DNA of 64,000 bases from Octopus sinensis. Taxonomy: Eukaryota. Location of the stretch: the NCBI RefSeq assembly GCF_006345805.1, contig NW_021832124.1, forward strand, positions 239,034 to 303,033. Direction: 5' to 3'. Below, one piece after another: positions 23,124-36,444 of this stretch (position 1 is its first letter; every line of letters begins with the position of its first letter). A program made the translations under genes and the position numbers. The notes beneath the pieces were generated by a model, which was not told the DNA's origin, ran no database searches, and was given only the letters and a program-made list of their open reading frames with translations.

Positions 23124-24420
23124 TTATTTCTTTATAATCGAGTCATCATCGGATAGGATAGTCATGGTAGACCCCACAACAGCTCGGATGTGAGCAGAGA
23201 GAGTGTCCTGAGTAGCAAAGGCCGAGTCAGTGCAGTACATGTCGGCAAACATGCGAGTGAGTGCATCCCTCAATCGAGTGGAGTATGAGTGGAGGGCAGA
23301 CTCCCCACTGAACAATCCCCAGGCGAGGGAGGGAAGTACTTTTTCAGCAAAGGAGTACAACTGTCTTCTGAACTGCGTGGAATCCTGAGAATGACTGACA
23401 GACCTCCAACCTCTCCATCGGAGAGAAGTCGACGCCTAAGACCGATGAGGGACACGATGGTGGTCGACAGGGCCTACAGTACATCCTCAGGAATACCATT
23501 TCCTTGACATAACTCAGCAAAAAACGGGTGTTAATAACTTGGAGAAGGAGGGGAGGGGGGTCATTGGCGAAGTGGAGAAAGGAGAGGAGGAGATAATCAA
23601 ACACCAAGTCGTACAACCCGAACTCGACCATCTACACTGAGAGCACGCAATACTCCCAACAACTCCATTTCTCGTCTGAGCGTGGAAGCTGTTGTGGAGC
23701 GGGCGTAATCAACCAACTGGTCATAGTCACTCTCCGCCTGCACATTCTGGAATGGCCAATGAAGGGTCACCAAACGAGTGATGACTGCCCTCCCTGCCGA
23801 GTACAGTTGGCCACAAAAGTCGACGTCCTCCGCGAGTTGCTAAGTGGGCAGGCAATGTATACTTCGAAGCATTTCCTGAGGCAATAGAGCCTGGCCAAGT
23901 AGACGGCGTCACTGTCCAACCCCACAGTGGCAGTCCACAGTCGGGCACACCGAATGGACTGGGGATTTCTTTGGTGGAGAATGAGAGCAGTGTGGCACAG
24001 GTCGTCCTCACATTGAATGGGCAGGGCCGAACAGAAGGAGGCGTCCTCGTCGACGGCAGTCTCGAAAGACCCCCAGTCACTGTGTTCGGGGGAGACCAGA
24101 CACCTCAGTTGCTCCAGAATGGACGAGATCTTGCATATTTGGATGGAATACATCTCCAAGTTCGTCGTTCGTGAGGAAGGAAAAGACTCGTGACTTTTCT
24201 AGTTTAGAGAGTACTTGGCAGGTCATTTGATTGACTGGAATTGAAATGGGTGACTACTTGTTTTCTGTGTGTCCTCCATTTTGGTGTCGGGTGGCTCGTC
24301 TTTGCCAAAAGCCGAATCGATGCCATATTTACGGGAGGGTCTACTTCTGGCCAACTTCCATATGATGACTGAAAGTATTAAAAGAGAACCAATCCCGAGG
24401 CCGCCCACAAGTTTGATCAT
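23124..24420 (-). CDS. MIGA: Mitoguardin (FAM73/MIGA) ER-mitochondria lipid-transfer protein
   Basis: N-terminal TM segment; GLDSDAVYLARLYCLRKCFE; LYDLVFDYLLL..NDPPPLLLQVINTRFL; FAEKVLPSLAWGLF. Confidence 0.82.
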
Positions 24421-24491
24421 TCACAATCCCAAGTTTATTTAAATATATTTATAAATCTCAATCAATTTCGAGAAATTAAAAGATTAAATCC

Positions 24492-25150
24492 ATGTTGGAG
24501 ACCCGCCCACCAAAGACAACAACAATCATGAATTCTCTCATTCAAGTTTACTGAATCGTTTCTTTTAGGGTTATCAATTATTAATTAGCGTTGTTCCAGC
24601 GGGAAGGTCGCGAAGGATAGCCAGACCGATGCGCTGGCGAACCAGAGGCCCTGCACCTTCTCGGAGGTCCACAGTGCCAGAGAAGAGGAGGAAGAAGGGG
24701 AGGAGGTGCGTGGAGTGTCATTCAGCTGAAATTGTGGATGAATCTAACAAAGTGGGTGATCCCTCGTCAAGTGATGTGGCTTACTGCGAGCTAACTTTCA
24801 CGCAACATATGAATGAAATATTGTCGACCGATGATTCCCTCGGACTGTGTACAAAAAAGATTCCTCTTTACAAATTAAACCTCAACTTATTGGAGTGTCT
24901 TAATCGTGTAATAGCTGAGTATATTAACGATAATTCACATAACTTATTTTCGACACGATTCTAACAATAGCCTATTCTGGAGAACTGTGCTATGCAAATA
25001 ATACAATTTGAATTTAACCAAAAGTTACTGTATTTTACTAGAAGTTACCAAAGTCATCTATCCGAAGTGGACCCCGCCAACATAATTAACGTTGCCTCTC
25101 ACGATAGCAACGGAGATCAACTGGAGAAGCCACTGTGCTATTAAATATTG
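24492..25150 (+). CDS. Probable unidentified micro-intron gene; boundaries uncertain
   Basis: Coding-like composition, GT..AG 20-25 nt segments and ORF 24629-24964; lies head-to-head with mitoguardin. Confidence 0.3.
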
Positions 25151-26254
25151 ATTATGAAAAATTATGAAGTCTAATTGGAATATTAATATGAATGGAAAAA
25201 TCGAAAGTGGAGAAAAGGGTAGAACATATTAAAAGTTCTTTGCAAAATCACTTATTAATGAAAAAAAACCACCTGTTTGCCGTGCATTAACCCTTTTTGG
25301 ATACAAAAAAACTCTCGCGAAATAGAAAGAATAACCTCCTTAATTAATGGCAGAATTATGGTGATTAAAAAGTGGTTATCTACGCACGTGAAGAGAAAAG
25401 GCTTCCGACTAGATAGTCAAAAATTCAAAAATCTGACCTTAATCGGAGACCTTTTATCAAAGAATTAAAGAGGCAAGACTGAAAACCTTATTAAAGTGGA
25501 TTGCGAAGACTGTGGAACAGATTGGGAGGATATGTGGCGAGAAAAACAGTTGAGTGATTAGACTGTGGAGATTGAGAAAAGAATGATTGGGGTAAAAGGC
25601 GTAACAGTCCAAGTCTTTAAAACTTTAATTGTAAGCAATTTTTTACAAAAACTTTAGAATTTCTATCAATCGAATTTATTCTTAATTTTTAAAGGACTCT
25701 GTACATTCAAAACACATTTAAATTGATTTCTAAATTATTCTTTGCAATTCTGATTAAAAAAATTGGCTATTTTTAGACCAATATTAATTACATAACATTA
25801 CATAATATTTATTTAATCCGATTAAATTGGAGGGAGTTAAATTGAATTTTATATATTTTAGTGGAACACTATAAATAAGCGGATACCATCAAATCTAGTT
25901 TCTTCAAAGATAACACTGCTCCTCAAACTTCCCTATACATCTCCCAAAAATTTTATTCTTTGATAAATCTAAGAAATACATTTTAAGGCAACACTACACC
26001 CGTTATATTTATTTATAACATGACAAATTTCTTACTTTTTGAATAACTTGTATTTATTTTCACATTACAAAAGATGCATTCATTTGGAGCATAAGTCAGA
26101 TTGTAAACTATTGATTACTATCAATACTGTACATAATTAAAATAATATTTACGATATTTTGCAAAATAAATTATTAATTTACAGTGATCAATATGCTAAA
26201 ATCATATATAAGGAGCTACGACGTAGAAAGTATTAAATTAAGAGCAGATTTAAT

Positions 26255-26681
26255 ATGGACTCAGACAATTTGTTAGAATTATCACATAATAATGAATTAT
26301 CAATCGACAGCTTATTAAATGAAAATACTTTTGCTTTTCCTAATATGGACATGTTTGTTAGAAAACCAGGTAGACCCAAATCATTATATAAATCCGACGA
26401 TCCAAACAGTCGTGCAAAGTAGTTTTTTAGATACTTTATTGCTTAGTATTGAAAAAAGGAGAAAACATGCAGAGCATGAAAAACAAAGACGAAAAAAAGA
26501 AAATGAAGACATTGAAAAACTAAAGGAGCTGATGAATATCACATCTAAACCCAAAAATGAAGGCTTATCACAAATAGGCGTAGAACTTGAATGCTACAAA
26601 CAAACACTTATGGAAGAAATAATGCATTTTTTCACGAAAACAGAAAATAAAATAGAGAATCTTAAAAAGGATGCGTACTGA
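26255..26681 (+). CDS. AT-hook plus divergent bHLH protein (132 aa)
   Basis: A 28-nt intron at 26419-26446 joins ..RKPGRPK.. to KRRKHAEHEKQRRKKENEDIEKLKELM..KPKNEGLSQI; TATATAAG at 26205. Confidence 0.7.
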
Positions 26682-26686
26682 ACATA

Positions 26687-29659
26687 CAGTGGGTTAAATT
26701 AGTTTTTAGACACTTGTATATTTTTGATAAAATTTTCTTTTCTTGTATATTTTTGATAAAATGTCGTCCACATTAAGTTTAGCTGCTTACTAAGATTTTA
26801 TGACTATTTGTTTAAAGTGTTAAATTTTTCTTTAAACAAAGGATTTTCGTCCTTATGTCTCTGGAAATTCACTCACTGGACCTCCCCAGCAGATATCGAC
26901 AAGTCTGCTACCTCTGAAAGCTTTGTGTGACTCTGTCAACTTCTCGAATCCTGGTGAATGGATGACTCAGCTCTTCGGGCTCGTCAAAGATCGTTTTAAG
27001 CGGATGCCTAGAGGAGGATGGCATTTGACTGTGGATTACTTCAATCTGAAGTTTGGGAAGAAGTTGCTTCATTTAGAAATAATGCTTCAGTAAGGACTAA
27101 TTGACATTGAGCCACACGTGTTTCAAGCCATTGATACCGAAGTTCGAAGGATTCTATCTAATTTACATGTTCATCTGAAACCTGCAAATAAAGAAAGATT
27201 ATATATAAGCAGATCTAACTTTGGAAGAGGACTTAATTCAATTGTCCATAAAAGTATAGTTCAATACCTTTTGAAGAAAGAATGCCTACTCCGAAAGTCC
27301 CTGCTCAATATATTAATCATCTGGTTATCGATTTGATTAACAGGGTTTTGATCCAATATATACATCAGATAATCCTCCAAAATCGATTAATGACATCTCT
27401 ACTTTGATATATTCCTCACAATGTACTTATCATCGAATACAAAGGAAAAATTTTCCCCATCAAACTGGGTGGACAAGATGAAAAGGAAGATTGAGTCTTT
27501 AAATGGAAATGAGTCTATCATTACAAAGTTTTTTACTTCTACAGTAAAGAGAAGAAGAAAGAAATTGTTCTTTTAACTATAAAGAAATTGTTCTTTTAAC
27601 GGATATTCTTTGTTCTTTTAACTATAAAAAATTGAAAAGAGGTGAATTTGAAAGAATTTCGACAGCAATAAATGATAAAATTAAAATTCTCAATAAGAAG
27701 GTGAATATTTCTTTTATAAGATAACAGAAACTGTTGTGCGAACAGATCACATGATTACAAATTATTCTCTTCATTGGTAGACGTAAAAAAGCATTTGACT
27801 CAATCAATCACGAATTCCTGGCAGAGATTCTGAAAATTCCGGGCTTCCTGAATGGATAACAAAGTTTATAATGGTCTCCCTCAAGTTAGGAAAGCAGCAT
27901 CTAGGAATTGTTAACATAGAACGTGGAATACTCAAAGGAGATTCCCTGTCTCCTCAGTTGTTTATTTTGACTTTGGATCCGTTGAGCAGATTGTAATCAG
28001 CGAAATACCCAAATTTATCAATCAATACCGATCAAGAAAATTCAGTGTTTTTTTCTACAAATCATTTTTTGTTCATTGATGATTTGAAACTGCTCGCCAA
28101 AGATGAAGTCACACTCGGGTGTATGATGGAAGACGTGTATTTATTTTTTAAAGCTTCGGGTTTGGAAAAGAATTGTGAGAAGTCGCCAACAAATAGTTGC
28201 TTATTGAGAAAAGATGCCAAACTGCTGAATGGACTGGATAGTTACTGCTATTTGGGTGTATTGGAAAATAAGTTTAGTCAGGTTGTTAAAGAAGAAGTTT
28301 TGAAAAATTTACGGATTGAGGTTCAACAACGTATCGAAAGATTGTCGAAGACGAAACTAAATTCGGTGAATTTGTTTAAGGCAATTAATGAACATGCTTT
28401 ATCGTAGTACAATTATTATATCGGCCTTCTGGATTTTGAACCGTCCGCTTTTGATGAAATTGACAAATTTGTCAGGAAGCTGTTAATGGATCTAAATATT
28501 CATATGAAACCAGCCTGTAAGGAGAAGCTATATTTGCCGAGGGATAAACTTGGAAGATGGGCTGCCTCGATTACCTTCAATATCAAGAAGAAAACACTTC
28601 ACTCGAAGCTATTTGAATTCCTTGATGATAACAATTTTGATATTCAATCGTCTTCAACATTGCTTAAGAAAGGAAATATATCTCCTAAATCTGAAGCTAT
28701 GTTTTCACTTCTTCAAGACAGGAATATTTTTTTCAGAGACCTAATTCAAAATGTCTACACTGTAAATCTTCCAATAAGACAGTTGATCACATGGCAGCTA
28801 GATGCAACAGGATGCTTAATTCGGATTATACAAGAAGACACAATGAAATTGTGAGATGTATCCATATGCACTTGTGCCGTAGATTGGGATTCAAAAAATC
28901 CAGAAGACTGAAAAATCACTCTGTCCAGAGTATTATGTGCAACACCTTGGCAGAAATACGAGTTGATACAACAATTCCAACAGAGTTGAAAATACAATAT
29001 AACAAACCCCGCATTTTCATACACGACAAAAAAGAGAACCTAATATGGCTTATTGAAGTGGGTGTGACTTCAATGGATAACCTAAAGAGTGTGGAAGTAG
29101 AAAAATTGCACAAGTACAACATTTTAGCTAGTGAATTAGAATTGATTCAAAAGGCTAAGGTGAAGATTGTGCCAATTGTTATTACGTGGGATGGAATCGT
29201 CTCAACGTTCTACTGCAAGTACATGGAGCTCCTTGGGATTGAAGAGCGTGTTCGTTCTTACATCCAGACTGTAACGTTGGAGGCCACTCTGGAGAGCATG
29301 TTTGTCGAGTACAAACATGGCTTCAGTGAAATCCTGGACTCTGCAAATTCTGGGGACTGGCTGAAATATAATTTCTCTATTAAGATCAGCAAGTCCCTTA
29401 AGAGACCCAGAAACTGTACGTCCCAGGAGGAGATTGAGGATCATTGCGGGGAAGATCAAAATGGAATCATGGGGAACTCGGAAAGCAAACATTTGAGAGT
29501 CGTCTAATTATTAGTTTAATTGATAAAGTTATTCAAAAGTTTGGATAGAAAAAAAATTTTCTAATCTTTGGAAAAAAAATTAAATGAAAACAGGCATGTT
29601 AAAGAAAATGAAATTTTATTAAAAATATATAAGTGTCCCAAGACTAATTTGACCCACTG
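26687..29659. mobile_element. Tc1/mariner-type TIR-bounded unit filled with retrotransposon sequence
   Basis: ~55-bp imperfect inverted repeats CAGTGGGTYAAATTAGTYTT..GACACTT; TA on both sides; no transposase seen. Confidence 0.85.
27100..29507 (+). mobile_element. Degenerate non-LTR retrotransposon(s): RT plus restriction-like endonuclease (R4/Dong-like)
   Basis: DVKKAFDSINH, RGILKGDSLSPQLF, HFLFIDDLKL, YCYLGVLE, YTRRHNEIV, NKPRIFI..LIEVGVT..EKLHKY; stops and frameshifts. Confidence 0.88.
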
Positions 29660-29966
29660 TATGTTCTGCATGCATACTCTTCAAGTCTATCATATTCCCT
29701 GTTTTCATTAAAAATGCTTGAACCTCGAAGACGTGGTGAGTTTTGTTTCCTGGATTACACACACGTCAATGTCGTGTTTGGAACAATTTTCTGTTCGTCC
29801 AATTCAACTGATGCCTCACCAAAGTACCGCGTGCTTCTCGAAACTCCATGGATGTTGCAAGCTTAAGAATAACTAAAAAATTTAGAAAATGTTATTAATA
29901 ATATGATTTTAATTTAAAACTTGATAATTATAATATATTCAGTAAATTGGTTTTGTGTGACGTTGG

Positions 29967-30959
29967 ATGCAGGGACATACGGGCTACTCAAATGTTTGAA
30001 ATAATTTGAATAATACATAATTAGATAATTGATTTAAAAGCAGAATTATATAAGAAACAACTTATATATCAAAATAAAAAAAAGAAAGACATAAATGAAT
30101 ACCGTCCTTTCAGAATGAAGAAAGACTCCGAGGATATGAAGACAGATCCTTCACCACAGCCACAGCCAAATCCCGAATTGGACGACCAGTTGGCACTCGA
30201 AAAATCTCGGTGTCTATTTTTCTGTAATCTGCAGTCTTGCTCTCGAACGAAAGTCCAAGCTTTACGACTCTTTCAAGAATGATTCGCCGAGCGAGCAATC
30301 AAATCTGTATTTAGTCAACTTTGCTCACAAACGTCCTTCTTCGCCTACAAAAGAAGCAGTTCCTACCAAACCTGTCAACGAGGGCGTGTTTTATGAGTCA
30401 ATTCTTGGAGATGGTAGAGTTGTTGTTTATTCTCAGAGATTAGAACTCACGGAACGTCGTACTTTAAATTGTCACAGGACGAGAAAGAGAGAAAAGCTCA
30501 AATCAAGCGATTTGATGACTTGGATAAAGAGGTGTAATAAATGATCCATTTTAGGCTGTCATAAAAAGGAGAGAAAATGAGAAAGTGCGGGCTGAGCGTC
30601 AAAGTGCGTTGGCCGCACGTCTGAATAAAGTGAAGCGTCGGAAAATTGCAGAAGAAGGTTTGGATCCTTCACTCTTTGGAGGAGGTTTGGTTGTCGGAGT
30701 AATTGTAGATGAGTCGTATGAGCAAGTGTTTGTTGCAGAGGAAGAGAAGGCTCCTTCTCCCCACGTTGTGGAAGTAGCTGAGGAAACAGAGGAAAGCAAG
30801 TCATCTGTTCGTGAGTGGGACGTGGGGAAGGTTAAGGGGACTGGTGGATGTGGGGAATTATTTGTAGATAGCTATTATGAGGGGAATGAACGTTATTTTG
30901 AGAGACGGAGGAATGCACGGGACGAAGAGTTTGCCCCTCCCTCTTTTTACAATAAATGA
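29967..30959 (+). CDS. CCDC174: Coiled-coil domain-containing protein 174
   Basis: IIDLKAELYKKQ, KSRLALERKSKLYD, YLVNF, EIRTHGTSYFKLS, ARLNKVKRRK and VREWDVGK after removing micro-introns. Confidence 0.8.
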
Positions 30960-30999
30960 GTTTTTATTTAAGATGAGTGACCTTATTTGAGAAAGTATT

Positions 31000-31714
31000 T
31001 TGAGATTTTTTTCAAACTTTGTGTACTTAATTGACCAAGACGAATTAGCAAAATTTAGGAACGTTTACAAGAGCCTCAAATGAATTCTCGTCTTCGAGAC
31101 ACGATGGTTTCAGGCCGGGAAGATATACCATTGGTTTGGTCTGGGGATATAGGTGGCGTTGTGCGACTTAGAAACGATTGAGAGAACCATTTTTTGCATT
31201 TAGGTCATCGAAGATTAATATATTTGTGATAGACATGATAGTATCCTGGGATATAATGTATTTTCTGGAATAGCTCGATGAAGGAGGGATATACGTGTTT
31301 GAAATTGTGTATGCTGTAGCCCCAGAAAGTCAATTGATGCTCGTTTAGCAAAGAGCGAACAGATTTGGGATTCCTTCTGCACAATATTTTATTAAGTGTG
31401 GATGACTGTGTAAATATTTTAATGTGGTTCCGTCTCGATTGTCCATTCACAGCAATGATTTTTAGAACGGACTACAAATAGATATATCTTATAATAAAAA
31501 ACAAAGCAAACGTCAAGAAATTTAAATAATTTAATCGGCATAGCGTCGATAAATTGCGAATTATGTCTGCACTGTAGCTCCAGTAAGATAATTCTATGCC
31601 CCACGCATGCATCCTTTTTACCTTTGAAGACGTAGCAACTAGCGTCCTCCGTCAATTGTGTTCATTGCTGTTGAAATTAATTCCTCTAACATTCAAAGCC
31701 ATTATATTAGACAT
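31000..31714 (-). CDS. Probable unidentified micro-intron gene; boundaries approximate
   Basis: Several GT..AG 23-30 nt segments and ORFs 31205-31450 and 31419-31655; no family recognised. Confidence 0.3.
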
Positions 31715-31764
31715 TGCAAATAAAGAGATACTTATTTTATCAACGAAAATATTTTTACAAATAA

Positions 31765-32459
31765 TCAACCTCTTCCATATAAAGAAGATTCGTTTGAACG
31801 ATAGATCGGTTTATATTTTTCATTAGCAATTCTCCTAATCCTCTCAGCCTCCTGGACTCCTCCAACAGCTTCCCCAACACCTTTCTCAATCAGATCAGCC
31901 AAGAGAAGGCATCCCCTCAGATCCTTCAACTCACAAGCTTTCCTGGCAAACTCCAAAGCTTTACTTTCCATGTTATTTTGTAGGGAAAAGCGGCTGAGGT
32001 GAATACAACTTCGAGGCAGCCCATTCGAGCAGGCATCTTGCAAAATTTGAACCCCACGTTGGACATCCGAGTCCTGTTCTGTGATGAGGGAATATCCAAG
32101 GTTGTGACAACCCTCAAGTGACCCTAGTTCACATGCCCTCTCGAAACACTCTCTGCTGGCCTCCACAGAAGGATCAAGTCCTCCAATTCCCTTCAAATGA
32201 TATGCCCCGTAACGGACACACGAACGGGCGTGTTTCAGATCAAAGCAACCCCTTTTATATACTCTTGCAGCCCGGGAATATTTGTTTTTTATGTTGTCTA
32301 AGAACGTGGCCAAGCGGTAACAGCCTGAGGATGCATGTATTAATTACCCTCTGGGTCATTTTCATCAAAGCAGGAGTATCTGTATTCGATGTATATTCTC
32401 TTGAAATATTCCTTAACATTGTCTGGGTTACTGAAATCTAAAGGCGGAGGCGGTCCCAT
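31765..32459 (-). CDS. COA7: Cytochrome c oxidase assembly factor 7 (Sel1-like repeats)
   Basis: LDFSNPDNVKEYFKRIYIEYRYSCFDENDPE-GCYRLA..; Cys-paired SLR repeats (RACELGSLEGCHNLG). Confidence 0.9.
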
Positions 32460-33122
32460 TAGCACTTGAAGATTTAAAATTGATTTATATTCTTCATAGA
32501 AATTTATTATTTCTAAATTCACAAATTAATTACCAATATGATCCCACAGTCCTACGGGTCTCATGTGATTTCGCGCATTTGGTCCATAATCCAAATTTAG
32601 TCTTTAATGATCTAATAACGTCGTGACATTCGCAGTGTTCCGATCCATAAAAAACGGTAATCTAATTAGTTCGTTCAGGTCACTCATTTGAGATTTTTGA
32701 AGAAACAAATATGCAATATATAATCATGCATATGGATTTAATCTTATTATTTTTCACTAATGGATAATCATAAACTAAATAAGTTTTTCTTGTACTACGG
32801 AATCCCTCTTCAGATCCTACAAATTGGCTTCCATCGCAATATTCGACGGAGTGAGACTGCTCAGTCTTAATATGTAGCTAAAAAGTCGCGTCTGGAATTT
32901 AGAATGGTCAATTGTGTTAAAGTGTTTTTCAGAATCTGTTATTCTAGGTCGTTTTTTATTTATCCCAAAATCACCAACAGTCAATTAAATAAATTGATCA
33001 CATGAACCCGACATCCCAAAAAAAGGTCCTCAGCTTATCTATGTGTTGGACTTTTTTGCTAACACAATTTCTGGCCGGGCGCGAAGTCGTTTCTCAAGCA
33101 GATTATAGGAGATACCTAATTA

Positions 33123-33875
33123 AGGTATGGTCCAAAAATATTACACCCCTTGACTTTTTGACAAATAAAATCAATTTTCGATACTAATAATTAATTACTT
33201 AAACTATTTTTATGCAATTTAGTTCTTATGAAAGTTGATTTAATGATTTTTATTTTTTTAAAACCAAAAATCAATTTATTTTATATCTGTGAGCAAAAAC
33301 ATGAAAAATTGCCGGCTCATAAATAGTACACCATTAAAAAGTCAGTATTTGGTGTGCCCTCCTTTATTTTTGATGACTGCTTTTAGTCTCGAGGTCATTT
33401 ATTTCATCAATTTGAAACATATTTCCTTTGGAATTTTTTTCCATTCTTCAATAATTAAATTTTCAAGATTTTTTTATTTGTGACGTCAAATGTTTCAATT
33501 TTTCTTTTTAAATAGCACCATAGGTGTTCAATTGGATTTAAATCTGGCGACATGCTCGGCCAGTCCATTTGCAAGATTTTTTTGTCAGTTAAAAAACTTT
33601 TAGTCTTCTTTGCAGTATGCTTCGGATCGTTATCTTGTTGGAAAATCGGATTTCCTGAATGATCGTTGATAAAGGGAATCATTTTTTCCTCAAGTATATT
33701 AATGTACATGTCTGCATTCATGATCCCATTTATGATATAAAGTTCACCAGGTCCTTGCGGGCTCATAGATCCCCATATCTTTATATTTCCGCCGCCATGT
33801 TTCATTGTAGCTACTATGCATTTTGGATTTAGTGCATCGCCATTTTTGCGCCACACATGCTGAATTCCATCTGAC
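33123..33875 (-). mobile_element. 5'-truncated Tc1 transposon
   Basis: TMKHGGGNIKIWG, FQQDNDPKH and WPSMSPDLNPIEHLW; probable terminal repeat near 33123. Confidence 0.88.
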
Positions 33876-34345
33876 TATACTGTAGCAGAATGTATAAGGG
33901 CAAAAAAGAACAATGGTGGATATTAAAAAGGATTGAAGGCTTAAATGGGATTGAAAACAAACAAATACAAAAAATAATTGAATGCTAGAAATGATCAACA
34001 CATAGTATGCCTACTAACACAAATGAGGAAAGAAAAAAGCAATGCTAAAGGGAAACTGCAATACAAAGAATGCAAAAACTTGTGATTATGTCCGTGGTTG
34101 TTGTAAAGAAAGCAGTGTCGATAAGGAAACAGTAGATGAACTACATGATGGCATCACCTGTTACATGAAGGCGCGCATCCTCAGAATATGATCTATTTGA
34201 TTAATAAGTGAATAGTCATTTTGTATGCAAAGGAGAATGTACTTGTTATATTATTGAGACAATAGACGAGAGAAATAGTCAAGCAAAGATTGTGATGTTG
34301 GGAAGGTTGTGGTTGCGTGGTATGTTCTAAGTGTATGTACAGACA

Positions 34346-34418
34346 GCCTCGGTGGCGCAGTGGTTAGCGCGTAGGTCTCATAATCCTAAGGTCGTGGGTT
34401 CGACCCCCACTCGAGGCA
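34346..34418 (+). tRNA. tRNA-Met (CAT), elongator type
   Basis: Cloverleaf GCCTCGG/TCGAGGC; anticodon loop CTCATAA; GGTTCGACC T-arm; G1:C72 pair; oligo-T Pol III terminator follows. Confidence 0.96.
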
Positions 34419-35159
34419 CTTTTTTTCCGTTTATAATTCAATCCATTATTTGTTCCGATCATCTTTTTTTACATGCTTGTTTCTTATCCTATCTTATCTG
34501 TTTTATTTGTTTTTCGACGCCTCCTTATTTTCAGTCTTTTCTTTTCCTTTCGCGATTTCTCATCCATGCCACTCCACAGATTCCTCTCCTTTCTTTGATT
34601 CCATGTTTGGGACTCATTCTATTTTTTCAATCTCAAATCCATCAAACATCTTCGACGTTCCCTGCAATCCTGGCTAGAATTCATAGAGCTTCTTGTATTT
34701 TAGCACCTTCTTCATTGTCCATTCCAATATATGGACTTGGCTTCCGATAGGCAACCTGACAGGCTCATGTTCTTCTGCTCTGCTTTTTTATCTTTCAAGA
34801 GACCGACTAGCAAGAGGATTGGTCCATGTGATCTATAAAAGCGAACAAATTCTCCTCCAATGTAGATTAATGGAGTGTAGTCTGTATTTAGGGTTGTCAC
34901 AAAAGGAGACTCCTAAATACTTCCTTGAGCGATATTTTTCAATATTTCCTAGTCCTGTGTTCCTGAGGCATAATTGTCCGTATTACTAGTTGTCTGACTT
35001 GTGACATAATCGTATGTACTTGTTGCATTGGAAGACAAAATAATCGACCCAACATACGTTTAAAAATAAAGAGGGTTGATACATTACTTTTATATGAATG
35101 TAATTGATATTAATGAAATTTTGATGTGGTCCATTAATATCCCGGATCCATTAATGAGT

Positions 35160-35415
35160 TGAGCAGAGATATACGCCTAAAGTTGAGCAGAATTAAACCC
35201 GACATTGAATATTTAGCGATATCAGGGTCTCACTAATAATTTTTAATAAAAATTCAATTTTTTCTCATTTGATTTATTGTTTTATATTTTGATTTTTGAG
35301 TTATATACAAAAAACCAATTAAGGGACAATGCACAAACACTTTTAAATTGTATATGGATAAGGGAGCGATAAAATATCAAAGGGGGCGATGAACAAAAAA
35401 GGTTGGGAATGCCTG
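35160..35415 (+). mobile_element. 3' remnant of a Buster-like hAT transposon
   Basis: C-terminus DIRLKLSRIKPDIEYLAISGSH* and terminus AGGTTGGGAATGCCTG. Confidence 0.6.
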
Positions 35416-35577
35416 TATTAGAGAGACGAATTAAGACTGCTTACAAAACCTATTCCACTAGCCTTTGAATAGAAACGAATACTGCATTAAAGAATACTGC
35501 GACTTATACTTCATCCACATGTGAAGACTATAATATTGCTAGAAATCTAAAATTAGCAAGTCATATAAGACTATTTA

Positions 35578-36444
35578 TTACTTCTTAGTTGCGTGAAAAC
35601 CATAGTTAATATTAAATATGTTTGACAAATACCATTGATCTGTAAATGGGAAATATCCAATTCCTTGCCATTTCTGTGCAACTAGTCCGCCTAAACAAAA
35701 TTAATAAATGATCAAACAGTCATCAAATAAATGATTCAATTCTTCAGGAGAAATAAACAGATCCCAGTTGTGGGTTCCGGTCGGAACAAGTTTAAGCAAT
35801 CTTTCAGCAGCATATATTCCAAAAACCAAAGAAATAAACGTCTTGTTTATTGTTGTACCGATAAGACTACCTGAATTCTATAAAGTAAATTTCGAATATA
35901 TTTCAACAGTAAGCATTCTAGAAGCATTTGATATAAACGTTGATTTATTTGAAACGTGTTCTATAACTTCGGATGCAACGACACAATCAAAAGACCCACA
36001 CAAATCTTTAGAAAGTTGTTCGAGAGAATTGTGTTGATAATTTAATGATCCATTAATAAATGTATTAGAAATAATTTTCGCCCTGTTCTGGGCAGCCCTG
36101 ATGCATTTTTCTGAAGGATCTATTCCCAGCACATTAGCTCCCAAACGAGCCAATGGTTCACTTAAAATTCCAGCACCACAACCAACGTCTAATATTCGAT
36201 ACCCAGCCAAAGGTTGATCAGCTTTTGAATTCGTTATAGATAAAGCGCTGACTATAAACGGAACACGCAAGTCATTCAAAGAGTGTAAAGCTGACAGTGG
36301 TCCATCTTCATCCCAAAATCGATCTGACCAGCTTGAAAACTTGTCCACCTCATCTTTTTGTCGATTCCGAAATATAATTTGTCCAAAATTCAAAGCCCTT
36401 TGAGTAAATATGTTCACAAATCTGAAATACAACAACGGTCGCAT
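35578..36444 (-). CDS. COQ3: Ubiquinone biosynthesis O-methyltransferase
   Basis: EVDKF..FWDEDGPLSALHSLNDLR, ILDVGCGAGILSEPLARLGA, FDCVVASEVIEHV and PTGTHNWDLFISP. Confidence 0.95.

Noticed and set aside
26319-26418. Signal-peptide-like MKILLLFLIW start
   Set aside because: Better explained as an off-frame read of exon 1 of the AT-hook-bHLH gene.
32538-33120. Possible plus-strand micro-intron gene
   Set aside because: Intron-like segments are present, but I could not build a consistent reading frame or recognise a product.
34331-34750. 139-aa ORF
   Set aside because: Overlaps the tRNA-Met gene and is low-complexity hydrophobic translation of T-rich DNA.
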